Source: Oligoflexales bacterium
GTDB taxonomy: Bacteria > Bdellovibrionota_B > Oligoflexia > Oligoflexales > Bog-1112
Reading direction: 5' to 3'
Length of the DNA stretch: 64,000 nt
Assembly: GCA_045105515.1 (NCBI GenBank)
Contig: JBGCDR010000177.1
Location: 43,590-107,589 of the forward strand
Shown here: piece after piece, positions 9,455 through 19,066 of the stretch
Layout of the letters: each line of letters opens with the position of its first letter
Position numbering within the stretch: the stretch's first letter is position 1
Position numbers and translations under genes: made by a program
Notes under the pieces: model-generated
What the model was told of the DNA's origin: nothing
Database searches by the model: none
The model's input: the letters and a program-made list of their open reading frames with translations, nothing else

Positions 9455-10825
9455 TTATTCTACCACACTTTGTACAACTTTGGTTTTTTTTAATGTAAGG
9501 TAATTAAATACCCACCTTTTGATTGTGATCCCATCAGGATCGCTCATGTAAAAAGTTGTCGCAAACGCTATAAAGATACTTGCAGGAATGATGCCTAAGC
9601 CAAACCGATATGATGAATCCAAGTATACTTCGAAGCCATCAAGTACCCCGGTCCCTTCGTCTGATGAGATCATGATACCAATTAGGGTCTGCAAAATAGG
9701 TGCAGCCAACATCATTATCATATTTGTGGCTCCGATTGCAGCTCCTCCAATCCTATTGGGAATGGATTTAGCAATCAAAGTAAAGCTTAGCTGATAAGCT
9801 GCTGAGCAAAAACCCATTAAAAAAGCAAGAAGGTACAGTGAAGAAATGGAAAGGTTTAGGTAAAGAAAAAAAATTGAGAAAGTGAAGCTTAACCCACTTC
9901 CTAAACTCATGATTGAAGCAACACTAAATTTTTTTGCTAACCATCCTATTACTAGGCTACAAATAGCAATGCCGATATAAATTGTTGAACTAATTGAAGT
10001 TGCTTTTACTATATCAAGCTTATAAGCGCTACTCAGGAAAGGAATCGACCATAGAGCCACGAAAACTGAAACAATGGTGAATACTCCAGCACTATACATG
10101 CCTGCAAGCCAAACTTCGCGACGTCTTAGAACTTCTTGCAAGTCTCCTAAAACTCTGTTTGCTGTTCGTACTGAGCTTTTACCCTTCTGGTCAATATCTT
10201 CTAAGTGCATTACCATAACGAGTAGCTGACCGATTGCAAGTAGGGCACAAAAGCCTAAGGCAACCCTCCATCCAAACCGTAATGTGATAATAGAGAGAAT
10301 ATTGTTGCTTGTTGCCACCCCAACCATGCAAAGACATTCGGCAATTGCCGCGATTGCTGCAAATTGCCTCAGAGGAAACCACATTTTAATGCCAAACATT
10401 AAACCTACAAAACCAAAAGATGCTCCGAATCCTATTACGACCCGACTCAATATCGCAGTTTCTAGGTTGGGAGAAAATGCTAGGCCCAAACACCCTAGTA
10501 CAAGTATTGAGTTTGCAATAATGGCTACGCGCCTAATCCCAAAACGGTCATAAATCATTCCAGCAGGTATCTGCATAAGAATATAGGAAATAAAAAAACT
10601 CGATGAGAGTAGGCTGACACCAGTAGCATCAGTATTGAAACTATCTTTGATACCCTCTGCAATTACTCCTACCGAACCTTGCAGGAGAAGTTGGAGTACG
10701 CTGTAAAAACTCATGATTGACCAGGCCACCCATGATGCAGGGTTTCTCAGCATCTCTTCTTTGACTCTCAATCTACCAATTATTACCTTCATCTTTGTCC
10801 CCCATAAAAAACTGTTTATGGACAA
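9455..10825 (-). CDS. MFS transporter (true start may be ATG 10792 or 10753)
   Basis: About 12 TM helices; MFS motif A 'GMIYDRFGIRR'. Confidence 0.9.
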   Translation of the reverse strand: MSINSFLWGTKMKVIIGRLRVKEEMLRNPASWVAWSIMSFYSVLQLLLQGSVGVIAEGIKDSFNTDATGVSLLSSSFFISYILMQIPAGMIYDRFGIRRVAIIANSILVLGCLGLAFSPNLETAILSRVVIGFGASFGFVGLMFGIKMWFPLRQFAAIAAIAECLCMVGVATSNNILSIITLRFGWRVALGFCALLAIGQLLVMVMHLEDIDQKGKSSVRTANRVLGDLQEVLRRREVWLAGMYSAGVFTIVSVFVALWSIPFLSSAYKLDIVKATSISSTIYIGIAICSLVIGWLAKKFSVASIMSLGSGLSFTFSIFFLYLNLSISSLYLLAFLMGFCSAAYQLSFTLIAKSIPNRIGGAAIGATNMIMMLAAPILQTLIGIMISSDEGTGVLDGFEVYLDSSYRFGLGIIPASIFIAFATTFYMSDPDGITIKRWVFNYLTLKKTKVVQSVVE

Positions 10826-11159
10826 AAAATTTTAAAATAATGGCCGAAAAAATAGGTTCAAAGAAAGTCGTATTTTACCGAATTATTGTAAATTTGATAA
10901 TTCGTAAACTATCGAATAATTTGGTGATTATGCTTGTATTTAAAAAAAGCCTAAACGGGAGAAGGCAAACTTAATAAAGCTGTGCAATCACATAGATGAG
11001 TTGTAACTACTTTTCTTTTTCTCACTACTCTAAGACCGATATCAGTCTCAGCAATAAGAGAAATTCTTCAAATAATCAATCCTTTTTTTTTCAAAATAGC
11101 TAAAAAAAAATGAACCGTATAAGTACCTATATTTAAGAATATAAATTGGGGGGAGGCAT

Positions 11160-11312
11160 ATGAAAACAGTCATAGGTATATGGAAGCTAAATCCGAACTT
11201 GGGCAAAACTTTTATGGAAGCTAGAGCACTACCTCTTATTTTGTCCAGCTGGCCAAGGCCCTATGAGGGCTCTCTATCTGAGATCATTAGCTTGATGATT
11301 AAACTTGGGTAA
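11160..11312 (+). CDS. candidate 50-aa small protein (below the ORF-track cutoff)
   Basis: GGGGGAGG RBS then ATG; MKTVIGIWKLNPNLGKTFMEARALPLILSSWPRPYEGSLSEIISLMIKLG*; overlaps the 3' end of the YheU gene on the opposite strand. Confidence 0.25.
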   Translation: MKTVIGIWKLNPNLGKTFMEARALPLILSSWPRPYEGSLSEIISLMIKLG

Positions 11313-11534
11313 TCCTGCGATCTGATCAACAGCAAGAATATTGATAGACTGATCTTCTTGGTGGAAAAAAATTTTTGCTGTCCCGTTTTGCAGTTCCTTC
11401 GTTACAGCAGAAACCTTTTCATCAAGAGAAAACTCGAGCATTCCATAGTCGGTGCCTTCGCGACTACAGTACTCTTCTACAAGGCCAACAATAGCCTCTT
11501 CACTAAGCTTGTGCATGGGGACTTCAACGTACAT
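11274..11534 (-). CDS. YheU family (UPF0270) protein
   Basis: 'VP..KLSEEA..GLVEEYCSREGTDYG..E.SL..KV' signature. Confidence 0.85.
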   Translation of the reverse strand: MYVEVPMHKLSEEAIVGLVEEYCSREGTDYGMLEFSLDEKVSAVTKELQNGTAKIFFHQEDQSINILAVDQIAGLPKFNHQANDLR

Positions 11535-11812
11535 ATGTCATATCTCACTTAGAATATCTTGATATCTATGATAAAAATTTATTAAATTGAACTATAAATA
11601 ATAAAATAGACTAAATAAATTCATTTTATTTAAAATGCATTGATATATAAAGTAAAAATATCATCATTTATATTAAAATAATAAAAAATCAATATATTTT
11701 ATTATACAATCTATTCTTATTTAAAAAAATTAATGGTAATTTCAATTTATAAATTTTACTCCCTTAAATCATATATTTTATATTTATCTCAATCTTGAAC
11801 TGCAATCTAAGC

Positions 11813-11839
11813 TAAACCTTCAGCCCCCCTAGTCGATGA
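11813..11839 (+). promoter_or_regulatory. sigma28 (FliA) promoter of flagellin
   Basis: TAAA-N15-GTCGATGA, 74 nt upstream of the flagellin ATG. Confidence 0.75.
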
Positions 11840-11913
11840 TTCTGGTGTGATTATTATTACATGCCCAGTCAAATCACAAGATGTGGTTTTAAAGGACAGA
11901 CAGGAGGTTTAAG

Positions 11914-12831
11914 ATGGGTTTGCGCATAAATACTAATGTTAGTTCAATTAACTCCCAAAGACAATTAGGGAAAACCACCCGAAAGCTGCAGGCCTCGATG
12001 GCAAAACTGTCTTCTGGTGAGCGAATCAATCGCTCTGCAGATGATGCAGCTGGACTAGCTGTATCAGAAAATTTGAAAGCGGATATACGTTCTTTGAATA
12101 TGGCAAAGCGTAATTCAAACGATGGTATTTCACTCGTTCAAACTGCTGAAGGTGGTCTGATGGAAGTAAGTTCCATGCTAGTTAGACTAAGAGAACTAGC
12201 GATTCAAGCTGCTTCTGATACAATTGGCAATCGTGAAAGAGAGTTTGTTGATAAAGAATTCTTACAGTTAAAAGATGAGATTGATCGAATTGCAGCTTCC
12301 ACCGAATTTAACGGAACGCGCTTATTAGTAGGCCAAAAAGAGCTGGCAGAGGATATGGGTAACAATGACAATCCGTTTCCTCTTGAAATTCAGGTTAGTA
12401 AAGACTACTACCCAGAAACTGACGCCATTGATGCGCGTAACCCAGTGAACATTATCAAGATTGATTTTGGTAATATAAATGCCTTTACTTCTGGAGAAGG
12501 TTCTCTGGGTCTTGGAGAGCATGAAGAGGGAACTAGGGTTAACAATAAACAAAATGCTCAACAGAGTATTGCAACTATTGATCAAGCGATCTTCAAGGTA
12601 AACGACTATCGTTCTTATTTAGGATCAGTTCAAAACCGTCTTACCTCTTCGGTAAGAAACTTAGAGGTGCAGTCTGAAAACCTAAGCGAAGCACGAAGCC
12701 GCATCAGAGACACAGATTTTGCTTCTGAAACTGCGAAGTTAACGCAACAAAACATCTTGCAGCAGGCAGGAACATCGGTTTTGTCGAATGCCAATAGTCA
12801 GCCTCAAATTGCATTAAGTCTTCTAGGCTAA
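11914..12831 (+). CDS. fliC: flagellin
   Basis: MGLRINTNV...KLSSGERINRSADDAAGLA and C-terminal SRIRDTDFASE...QQAGTSVLSNAN; short variable region. Confidence 0.97.
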   Translation: MGLRINTNVSSINSQRQLGKTTRKLQASMAKLSSGERINRSADDAAGLAVSENLKADIRSLNMAKRNSNDGISLVQTAEGGLMEVSSMLVRLRELAIQAASDTIGNREREFVDKEFLQLKDEIDRIAASTEFNGTRLLVGQKELAEDMGNNDNPFPLEIQVSKDYYPETDAIDARNPVNIIKIDFGNINAFTSGEGSLGLGEHEEGTRVNNKQNAQQSIATIDQAIFKVNDYRSYLGSVQNRLTSSVRNLEVQSENLSEARSRIRDTDFASETAKLTQQNILQQAGTSVLSNANSQPQIALSLLG

Positions 12832-12842
12832 GCGGGATTTAG

Positions 12843-12868
12843 GAATGGGCATAATTTAATGCCCATTC
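12843..12868. terminator. bidirectional terminator hairpin between fliC and pdhC
   Basis: Perfect 10-bp stem GAATGGGCAT / ATGCCCATTC between convergent stops. Confidence 0.75.
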
Positions 12869-12874
12869 TTATTC

Positions 12875-14134
12875 CTAGCTCATCATGAAAAGTGGATTCT
12901 CAAGGTAAGAGATTAAAGTCTCGAGGAATTTAGCCCCTACCATCCCATCAACTACCCGATGATCGCAAGATAGGGTCATTTTCATACGAGTTTGCACCAC
13001 CAGCTCACCGCTTTTGTTCACATGAGGAGTGGGTTTACTGGTGCCAATTGCTAAAATACATGCCTGAGGGGGGTTGATAATTGCAGTAAACGATTCAACT
13101 GCGGTCATTCCAAGGTTAGAAATAGTAAAGGTTCCACCACTATACTCTTCTGGCTGGAGCTTTCCATCTTTTGCTTTGCCTGCCAGTTCCTTAGTCATTT
13201 TTGCGATGGTACGTGCACCTAAGGTTTCAGTGTATGGAATTACTGGAGTGATAAGTCCTGTAGGCAGCGCAACTGCCATGGCGATGTGAATATTCCCATG
13301 TTCAAGGATGTAATCGTCATACCATGAAGCATTTACTTCTGGGTGCTTTTTCAATGCTTTTGCAGTTGCCATAATGATAAGATCGTTGAGGCTCACTTTA
13401 GGAAGCTCTTTGTTAACAACTTTGGGGTCTTGGTTAAGCCTTGCCCGCCATTCTGCCATCGCAGTCATGTCAGCCGAAACCGTCAAGTAAAAATGAGGTG
13501 CCTCGTTCTTACCGGCCAATAGTCTTTTTGCTATGGTTTTTCGCATCATTGAATGTGGTTTTTTAACATCAGCAGCCGCATCTTTTAGCGCGCTAAGCTG
13601 ACCTTGGCTTGTTCCTTGACTAGATTGTGAACCTAGATCTCTTTGAATAATTCTTCCGTTAGGGCCAGAACCTTCGATGCTCCCCAGATCAATTCCCTTA
13701 TCAGCAGCTATTTTCTTTGCTAAAGGAGATGCTTTGATACGACTGGAATTTGTTTCTGGTGATCCTGAATTGGTCTGGGTTTGGCTTCTAGTTTCTGCGG
13801 ATTTTGGCTTTTGTTCATGCTCGGAAGTCGTTTCTAACTTTTCCTGAGGAGTCTCTTGGCTTTCGCTGGCTAGCTCATTTAAGTTGAAAGCTTCCCCCTG
13901 GGTACCCATCACTGCAATGGGCTTGCGTAGTGGTACGGTTGACCCTTCCTTTACCAATATTTTTAGCAAAGTCCCCTCTTCAGGGCTTGCATATTCCATG
14001 GTGGCTTTATCAGTTTCAATAGCTAAAAGAAGTTCACCTTCTTCGACAAAGTCCCCTTCTTTTTTGAACCATTCTGAAACTCCGCCTTCCTCCATCGTGT
14101 CACTCAATTTTGGCATATCAATTAATATCGCCAT
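12875..14134 (-). CDS. pdhC: pyruvate dehydrogenase E2 (dihydrolipoamide acetyltransferase)
   Basis: Lipoyl domain ETDKA, E3-binding ASPLAKK...GSGPNGRI, catalytic DHRVVDG. Confidence 0.95.
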   Translation of the reverse strand: MAILIDMPKLSDTMEEGGVSEWFKKEGDFVEEGELLLAIETDKATMEYASPEEGTLLKILVKEGSTVPLRKPIAVMGTQGEAFNLNELASESQETPQEKLETTSEHEQKPKSAETRSQTQTNSGSPETNSSRIKASPLAKKIAADKGIDLGSIEGSGPNGRIIQRDLGSQSSQGTSQGQLSALKDAAADVKKPHSMMRKTIAKRLLAGKNEAPHFYLTVSADMTAMAEWRARLNQDPKVVNKELPKVSLNDLIIMATAKALKKHPEVNASWYDDYILEHGNIHIAMAVALPTGLITPVIPYTETLGARTIAKMTKELAGKAKDGKLQPEEYSGGTFTISNLGMTAVESFTAIINPPQACILAIGTSKPTPHVNKSGELVVQTRMKMTLSCDHRVVDGMVGAKFLETLISYLENPLFMMS

Positions 14135-14162
14135 TTTGATACTTCTCCCCTATGTTAATAGC

Positions 14163-15143
14163 TTAGTTGCGGTAACATACTTTCTTTACGGCTTTGATTA
14201 GGTCCTCTTTGCTCGGCAGAGCTTCCTCTTCAAGATTTTCTGCATAGGGGACGGGAACCGGTTTTTGGGAAACTCTCTCTATGGGGGCATCAAGCTCATC
14301 AAAACAAGCAGATTGGATTCTGTCAGAAATCTGCGAACCTACGGAAGAAAAAGGCCAGTTTTCTTCGAAAATTACAACTCTATGGGTCTTGCGCACTGAG
14401 GTAAATATGATCTCTTCATCTAGAGGTACCAAGGTGCGAGGATCCACAAGCTCAACAGAAATTCCATCTGATTCAAGCTCTTTCACTGCTTCTAAAGCTT
14501 TATGTAAGATTTTCCCCCAGCTTATCAAAGTTATATCGTTGCCTTGGTGTTTCACTTCTCCTTTGCCAAGGGGTATCAGATGCTCGCCATCTGGAACATC
14601 GCCTTTAAAGCCGTACATCATTTCACTTTCAAGGAAAATAACAGGACTGTCATCCCGGATGGCAGATTTTAGTAAACCTTTGGCATCGCTAGGGGTTGCT
14701 ATGGAGATGACTTTGAGTCCAGGTACATTGCATAGCATTGGATCAACATTTTGGGAGTGTTGAGCTGAAAGCATATGCGCAGCTCCATTTGGTCCCCTAA
14801 AAACAATTGGAATAGGAAACTGCCCACCGGACATATAGTTCATTTTAGCAGCATGGTTGATAATCTGATCGAAGGCTTGAATTCCAAAGTTCCAGGTCAT
14901 CATTTCTATGATAGGCCTTAGACCAGCCATTGCTGCGCCTACACCAAGTCCTGCAAAACCCCCTTCGGAGATTGGTGAGTCTATGACACGTCGAGAGCCA
15001 AACTTTTCCAGCATACCTTTAGAAACCTTGTATGCACCATTGTACTCCGCAACCTCCTCGCCCATCAAAAAAATGTTAGCATCCCGTTGCATTTCTTCGA
15101 TCATCGCTTCGTTAAGAGCTTCGCGTATGGTTTTAATTGCCAT
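14163..15143 (-). CDS. pdhB: pyruvate dehydrogenase E1 beta subunit
   Basis: REAL..AM.EEM, GEEVAEYNGAYKVS, DSPISE, AQHSQ; likely start MAIKTIREAL at 15143. Confidence 0.95.
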   Translation of the reverse strand: MAIKTIREALNEAMIEEMQRDANIFLMGEEVAEYNGAYKVSKGMLEKFGSRRVIDSPISEGGFAGLGVGAAMAGLRPIIEMMTWNFGIQAFDQIINHAAKMNYMSGGQFPIPIVFRGPNGAAHMLSAQHSQNVDPMLCNVPGLKVISIATPSDAKGLLKSAIRDDSPVIFLESEMMYGFKGDVPDGEHLIPLGKGEVKHQGNDITLISWGKILHKALEAVKELESDGISVELVDPRTLVPLDEEIIFTSVRKTHRVVIFEENWPFSSVGSQISDRIQSACFDELDAPIERVSQKPVPVPYAENLEEEALPSKEDLIKAVKKVCYRN

Positions 15144-15196
15144 GGTTAAGCCTTTATGTAGAGAAAATCTGTTAATAAATTTTTTCTTGTTGAAGT

Positions 15197-16180
15197 TTAC
15201 CCAAAAACATGTAGCCAAACCTCATCAGGGGATGGTGCAGGAGCTTTATCTGCGATCTGCTCTGCAGACTTAACTTGCTCTTTCGCTTCTTTGTCCCAAG
15301 TTTTTAAATCTTCATTGCTCGCAAGTGATTGTTCAACCAGCAAAGCTCCCAGCTGGGTAATTGGATCTTGTTTTTGATACTCTTGTACTTCTTCCTTAGT
15401 CCGGTAGGTTGCAGGGTCGGAAACGGAGTGGCCTTTGTAGCGATAGGTTAGGACCTCAGCCAAATGCGGTTTGCGGTCTTGGCGCATTTGGTCGATGATA
15501 GGTTTCATGTGCCCGTAAACAGTCATACAGTTCATGCCGTCAACCTGCGAATGATCCATATCAAAAGCTAATGCACGTTTATATAGATGGTCAACACTGG
15601 TAGTACGATGAATTTCAGTACCCATGCCATATTGATTATTTTCAATGACAAATAAAACCGGAAGGGACCAAGTAGCAGCCATATTCATAGCTTCAAATAC
15701 TTGTCCTTGATTCATAGCTGCATCGCCTAAATAACAAACCATTACTGCAGACTCTTCTTTGTACTTGATCGCAAATGCAGTCCCTACAGCGATAGGAGCC
15801 TGAGCTCCTACAATTCCATGCCCACCAAAGAAACGCTTTTCTTTGCTAAACATATGCATTGAGCCACCTTTTCCGCGCGAGCAGCCAGTGGCCTTGCCAA
15901 AAAGTTCGGAAAAGACTTGTTCTGCTGGGATACCCTTCGCAATTGCCTGGGTGTGTGAACGGTAGGCTGATATGCAGTAGTCTTGATCATTCATAGCATG
16001 CTGAACTCCCACGCATACTGCTTCTTGGCCGATATGGAGGTGGAGAAAACCTGAAAACTTTTGTTTCGTATAGGCTATATTTGCTCTCTCTTCGAAACGA
16101 CGATAAAAAAGCATTTCTTTGTACATGGTAAGCATATCAGGAGCGGTGACCTTACTTTTACTATCTGTTTTTGGCATCAT
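15197..16180 (-). CDS. pdhA: pyruvate dehydrogenase E1 alpha subunit
   Basis: GFLHLHIGQEA, GKGGSMH, TPP motif GDAA...ENN, YRYKGHSVSDP; start likely 16180 or 16177. Confidence 0.95.
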   Translation of the reverse strand: MMPKTDSKSKVTAPDMLTMYKEMLFYRRFEERANIAYTKQKFSGFLHLHIGQEAVCVGVQHAMNDQDYCISAYRSHTQAIAKGIPAEQVFSELFGKATGCSRGKGGSMHMFSKEKRFFGGHGIVGAQAPIAVGTAFAIKYKEESAVMVCYLGDAAMNQGQVFEAMNMAATWSLPVLFVIENNQYGMGTEIHRTTSVDHLYKRALAFDMDHSQVDGMNCMTVYGHMKPIIDQMRQDRKPHLAEVLTYRYKGHSVSDPATYRTKEEVQEYQKQDPITQLGALLVEQSLASNEDLKTWDKEAKEQVKSAEQIADKAPAPSPDEVWLHVFG

Positions 16181-16382
16181 AATCCAAACCTCGCTGCATG
16201 TGTATGATGAGGACAAAAAATCGTCTGAAAATAGGATGGTACCGCATGCAAGTTCAAGCATCCAATATTTAGAACGAAATTCCTTCGTACCTGATTTTTG
16301 TCAAAAAATATTAGAATAATCTATAGAGAAACCGCAGGATGTTTAAACATAATGAGTGAACAACTGAAACCTCAGTTGTTCA

Positions 16383-17612
16383 CTAGATTTTTGCAAAAAC
16401 AATACTGCCGTTTGTACCGCCAAAGCCAAATGAATTTGAAATACCTACGTCTATCTTTAAATCTCGAGCTGATCCGGGAATGTAGTCCAATGGACATTCG
16501 GGATCAACTTCCTGGAGGTTTGCTGTCGGAGGGGCCTTTTGTTCATGGATCGATTTTGCTAGAAATACGGCTTCGATGCCACCTGCTGCTCCAAGGCAGT
16601 GACCGGTGACCCCTTTCGTTGAAGAGACAGCTAGGTTTTTTGTGTGCTCCGAAAAAACGCGACTAATAGCTTGGGACTCATAAATATCATTGAAGTAAGT
16701 AGATGTACCATGGGCGTTTATATAGTCTACCCTTTCTGGCAGTGTCTTCGCAGTTTTTAAAGCTGCTCTTAGGCATCTTTGAGCCCCTTCACCTTCGGGT
16801 GCTGGAGCAGTAATATGGTGAGCATCTCCAGACATTCCATACCCACTCATTTCACAGTATATCTTAGCATTACGAGCACGGGCATGCTCGTAGTCCTCCA
16901 GAATTAAAATTCCAGCACCTTCCCCCATAACAAAACCATCTCGGTTTACATCGAAGGGACGTGAAGCCTGTTGAGGGCTTTCATTACGCCTGCTTAAGGC
17001 TTTCATATTTTGGAATCCAGCAATGGCAAGCTCACAAAGAGACGCCTCTGCACCTCCGCATATCATTACATCTGCCATACCCGCTTTTATATGAAGCCAT
17101 GCTTCACCTATTCCGTGGGTACCACTGGTACAGGCTGTAGTGGTACATAAATTAGGGCCCTTCAGTTTGAAGGTATTGGCAACAATACCAGCTGCCATAT
17201 TAGTGATGACATAAGGTATAAAAAAAGGGCTGACTCTTTTGGGACCCTTCTCTTTGCAGGTGAGAGCCGTTGCATCTATATTCTGGATTGCCCCTATGCC
17301 GACCCCTATTGAGCACCCAAACGAAGTGGTATCACCTTCTAAGTTTAAACCAGCATGGTTGATGGCTTCTTTAGCTGCAGTAACAGCAAATTGTACAAAA
17401 CGAGTAGATTTTTTAGCCTCTTTTGCCTCCATACTAAGGCTAGGGTCGAAGCCTTTAACCTCAGCAGCAATCTGCACACTTAAGCGTGAAGCATCGAAGG
17501 ATTTGATAAGATCAACCCCAGAATGCCCAGCAAGTGCGTTGTGCCAGGACTCCTCAAGAGTAAGGCCAATCGGAGAGACCATACCTAAACCAGTAACAAC
17601 TACCCGCCTCAT
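16383..17612 (-). CDS. fabF: beta-ketoacyl-ACP synthase II
   Basis: MRRVVVTGLG, TAC catalytic Cys, INAHGTST, STKGVTGH, SNSFGFGGTN. Confidence 0.95.
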   Translation of the reverse strand: MRRVVVTGLGMVSPIGLTLEESWHNALAGHSGVDLIKSFDASRLSVQIAAEVKGFDPSLSMEAKEAKKSTRFVQFAVTAAKEAINHAGLNLEGDTTSFGCSIGVGIGAIQNIDATALTCKEKGPKRVSPFFIPYVITNMAAGIVANTFKLKGPNLCTTTACTSGTHGIGEAWLHIKAGMADVMICGGAEASLCELAIAGFQNMKALSRRNESPQQASRPFDVNRDGFVMGEGAGILILEDYEHARARNAKIYCEMSGYGMSGDAHHITAPAPEGEGAQRCLRAALKTAKTLPERVDYINAHGTSTYFNDIYESQAISRVFSEHTKNLAVSSTKGVTGHCLGAAGGIEAVFLAKSIHEQKAPPTANLQEVDPECPLDYIPGSARDLKIDVGISNSFGFGGTNGSIVFAKI

Positions 17613-17755
17613 TTACTACCTCAATTATCAAAAGTGAAGCTCTATCATTGAATTAAGAGCAAAGAAACCCATGGGGTATAGATTTTTCATGGGCTATTTC
17701 TAGTGTCTTTTTACCCAAAGCTAAAGGAATGGAGAAGTTAAAAGCAAATATTTTT

Positions 17756-18955
17756 TCATTTATCTGTTTTTTTTGTGAAATTTAGCGAAATTCGGGGAAA
17801 GTTTTTTAGGCCCAGAATGGGCTCTGAAGGGGGAAGGCGGCTTTTTTGGTAAATACAAAATCCCCCGAAGAATAATATTAGTAGTTGGGGCAGCCAGCTA
17901 GCTATCAGTGGGGCAATGAAGGCATTCTCTGCCATCCACCTAGAAGCAACCATGATGACGAAACAGGCGATAATAACAAAAATAGAGCCTAAGTATCCTC
18001 GATTTTTTCCATGTCGTTGCTCTTGAATCCCCATAATAATACCAAAAAAAGTGAATGCAAAAACGATGAAGGGGTTTGCAAACCTGGAGTAATATAGGTA
18101 GCTAGCTCTGAGAAAATCGGGGTGTTCATCTGGGCTATTTTCCATCTTCTTTACATATGTGCGCAATTCGGAGGCTCTGTAGCTTCGATAGTCGTCGCGG
18201 GCAGTATCTTCACCGATGATCTTTTCCTGGAATACCCGCAAAAGGTCTATTTCAGCTCTTTTGAATGTTAGGCTTGAGGTGTGATCTGAACGAGTTTCAA
18301 GAGAATAAGAAACTCCGTCAAACAAAACCATACGTAAATTTCCTTCAGCAACCGATCCGGTGATTTGGGCATTCGGAGAGAGAATCATAAAGTTGTCTTT
18401 ACTTTTATTTCTTGGAGCAAGAAGGACATTTTTGTAGTGAGTTCTGTTTTCTGAAATTTCTTCGGTATAGAAAACATAATCCAAGAAGTCGTTTAAGAAT
18501 ACTCCCGCCTGAATCTTGAATCGGACCATATTGTCAATTTCGGTTTGAGTTTTTCGGTATATAAACTGGACGAATTCCCGCCTTCCCCAAGCCTCCAAGT
18601 GAATCGCACACAAGGCTCCTGTAAGATAGAGTGCGAATGAAATTGCAAGCGCTGGGAGCATTGCCCGTTTGATGCTGTAACCTGCAGCTAATAATGCTGT
18701 TATTTCTCCATCAGAACTTAAACGAGAAAATGAGATCATGATTCCAAATAGGTAGGAGATAGATATAATAATAGGTAAAAAAGGAACAATAATATAAAGA
18801 AATGGCAGCAAAATGTTTTCAGCAGTTAAGCCGAAGGTTACTAATACATTAGAAAGCCGCACTAGCTGTGAAACTACGATGACTGCACAGAATACGATCA
18901 GCGTCGAAACAAATTGTGGGAAGATTTCTTTGAGGATATAGCGAGTGACAATAAT
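17756..18955 (-). CDS. LptF/LptG family LPS export permease; apparent ATT start
   Basis: RLSSDGEITALLAAGYS motif, 3+3 TM helices flanking a periplasmic domain, C-terminal 'ASWLP'; frame continues upstream of GTG 18862 into the typical N-terminus 'IIVTRYILKEIF'. Confidence 0.85.
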   Translation of the reverse strand: MIVTRYILKEIFPQFVSTLIVFCAVIVVSQLVRLSNVLVTFGLTAENILLPFLYIIVPFLPIIISISYLFGIMISFSRLSSDGEITALLAAGYSIKRAMLPALAISFALYLTGALCAIHLEAWGRREFVQFIYRKTQTEIDNMVRFKIQAGVFLNDFLDYVFYTEEISENRTHYKNVLLAPRNKSKDNFMILSPNAQITGSVAEGNLRMVLFDGVSYSLETRSDHTSSLTFKRAEIDLLRVFQEKIIGEDTARDDYRSYRASELRTYVKKMENSPDEHPDFLRASYLYYSRFANPFIVFAFTFFGIIMGIQEQRHGKNRGYLGSIFVIIACFVIMVASRWMAENAFIAPLIASWLPQLLILFFGGFCIYQKSRLPPSEPILGLKNFPRISLNFTKKTDK

Positions 18956-19066
18956 TGTTTTGTTCCTCCGTGAAAATGTCCTATACCATCCTGATAATCT
19001 TAGCTGAATTACCAGATTTTAGGTATTCCTGAAAAACAATAGATTTTTTAGTGAGTTAAAATAGTT

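Noticed and set aside
11840..11913. c-di-GMP riboswitch in the flagellin leader
   Set aside because: Lacks the GEMM features (GGCAAA-stem-GAAA tetraloop and receptor)
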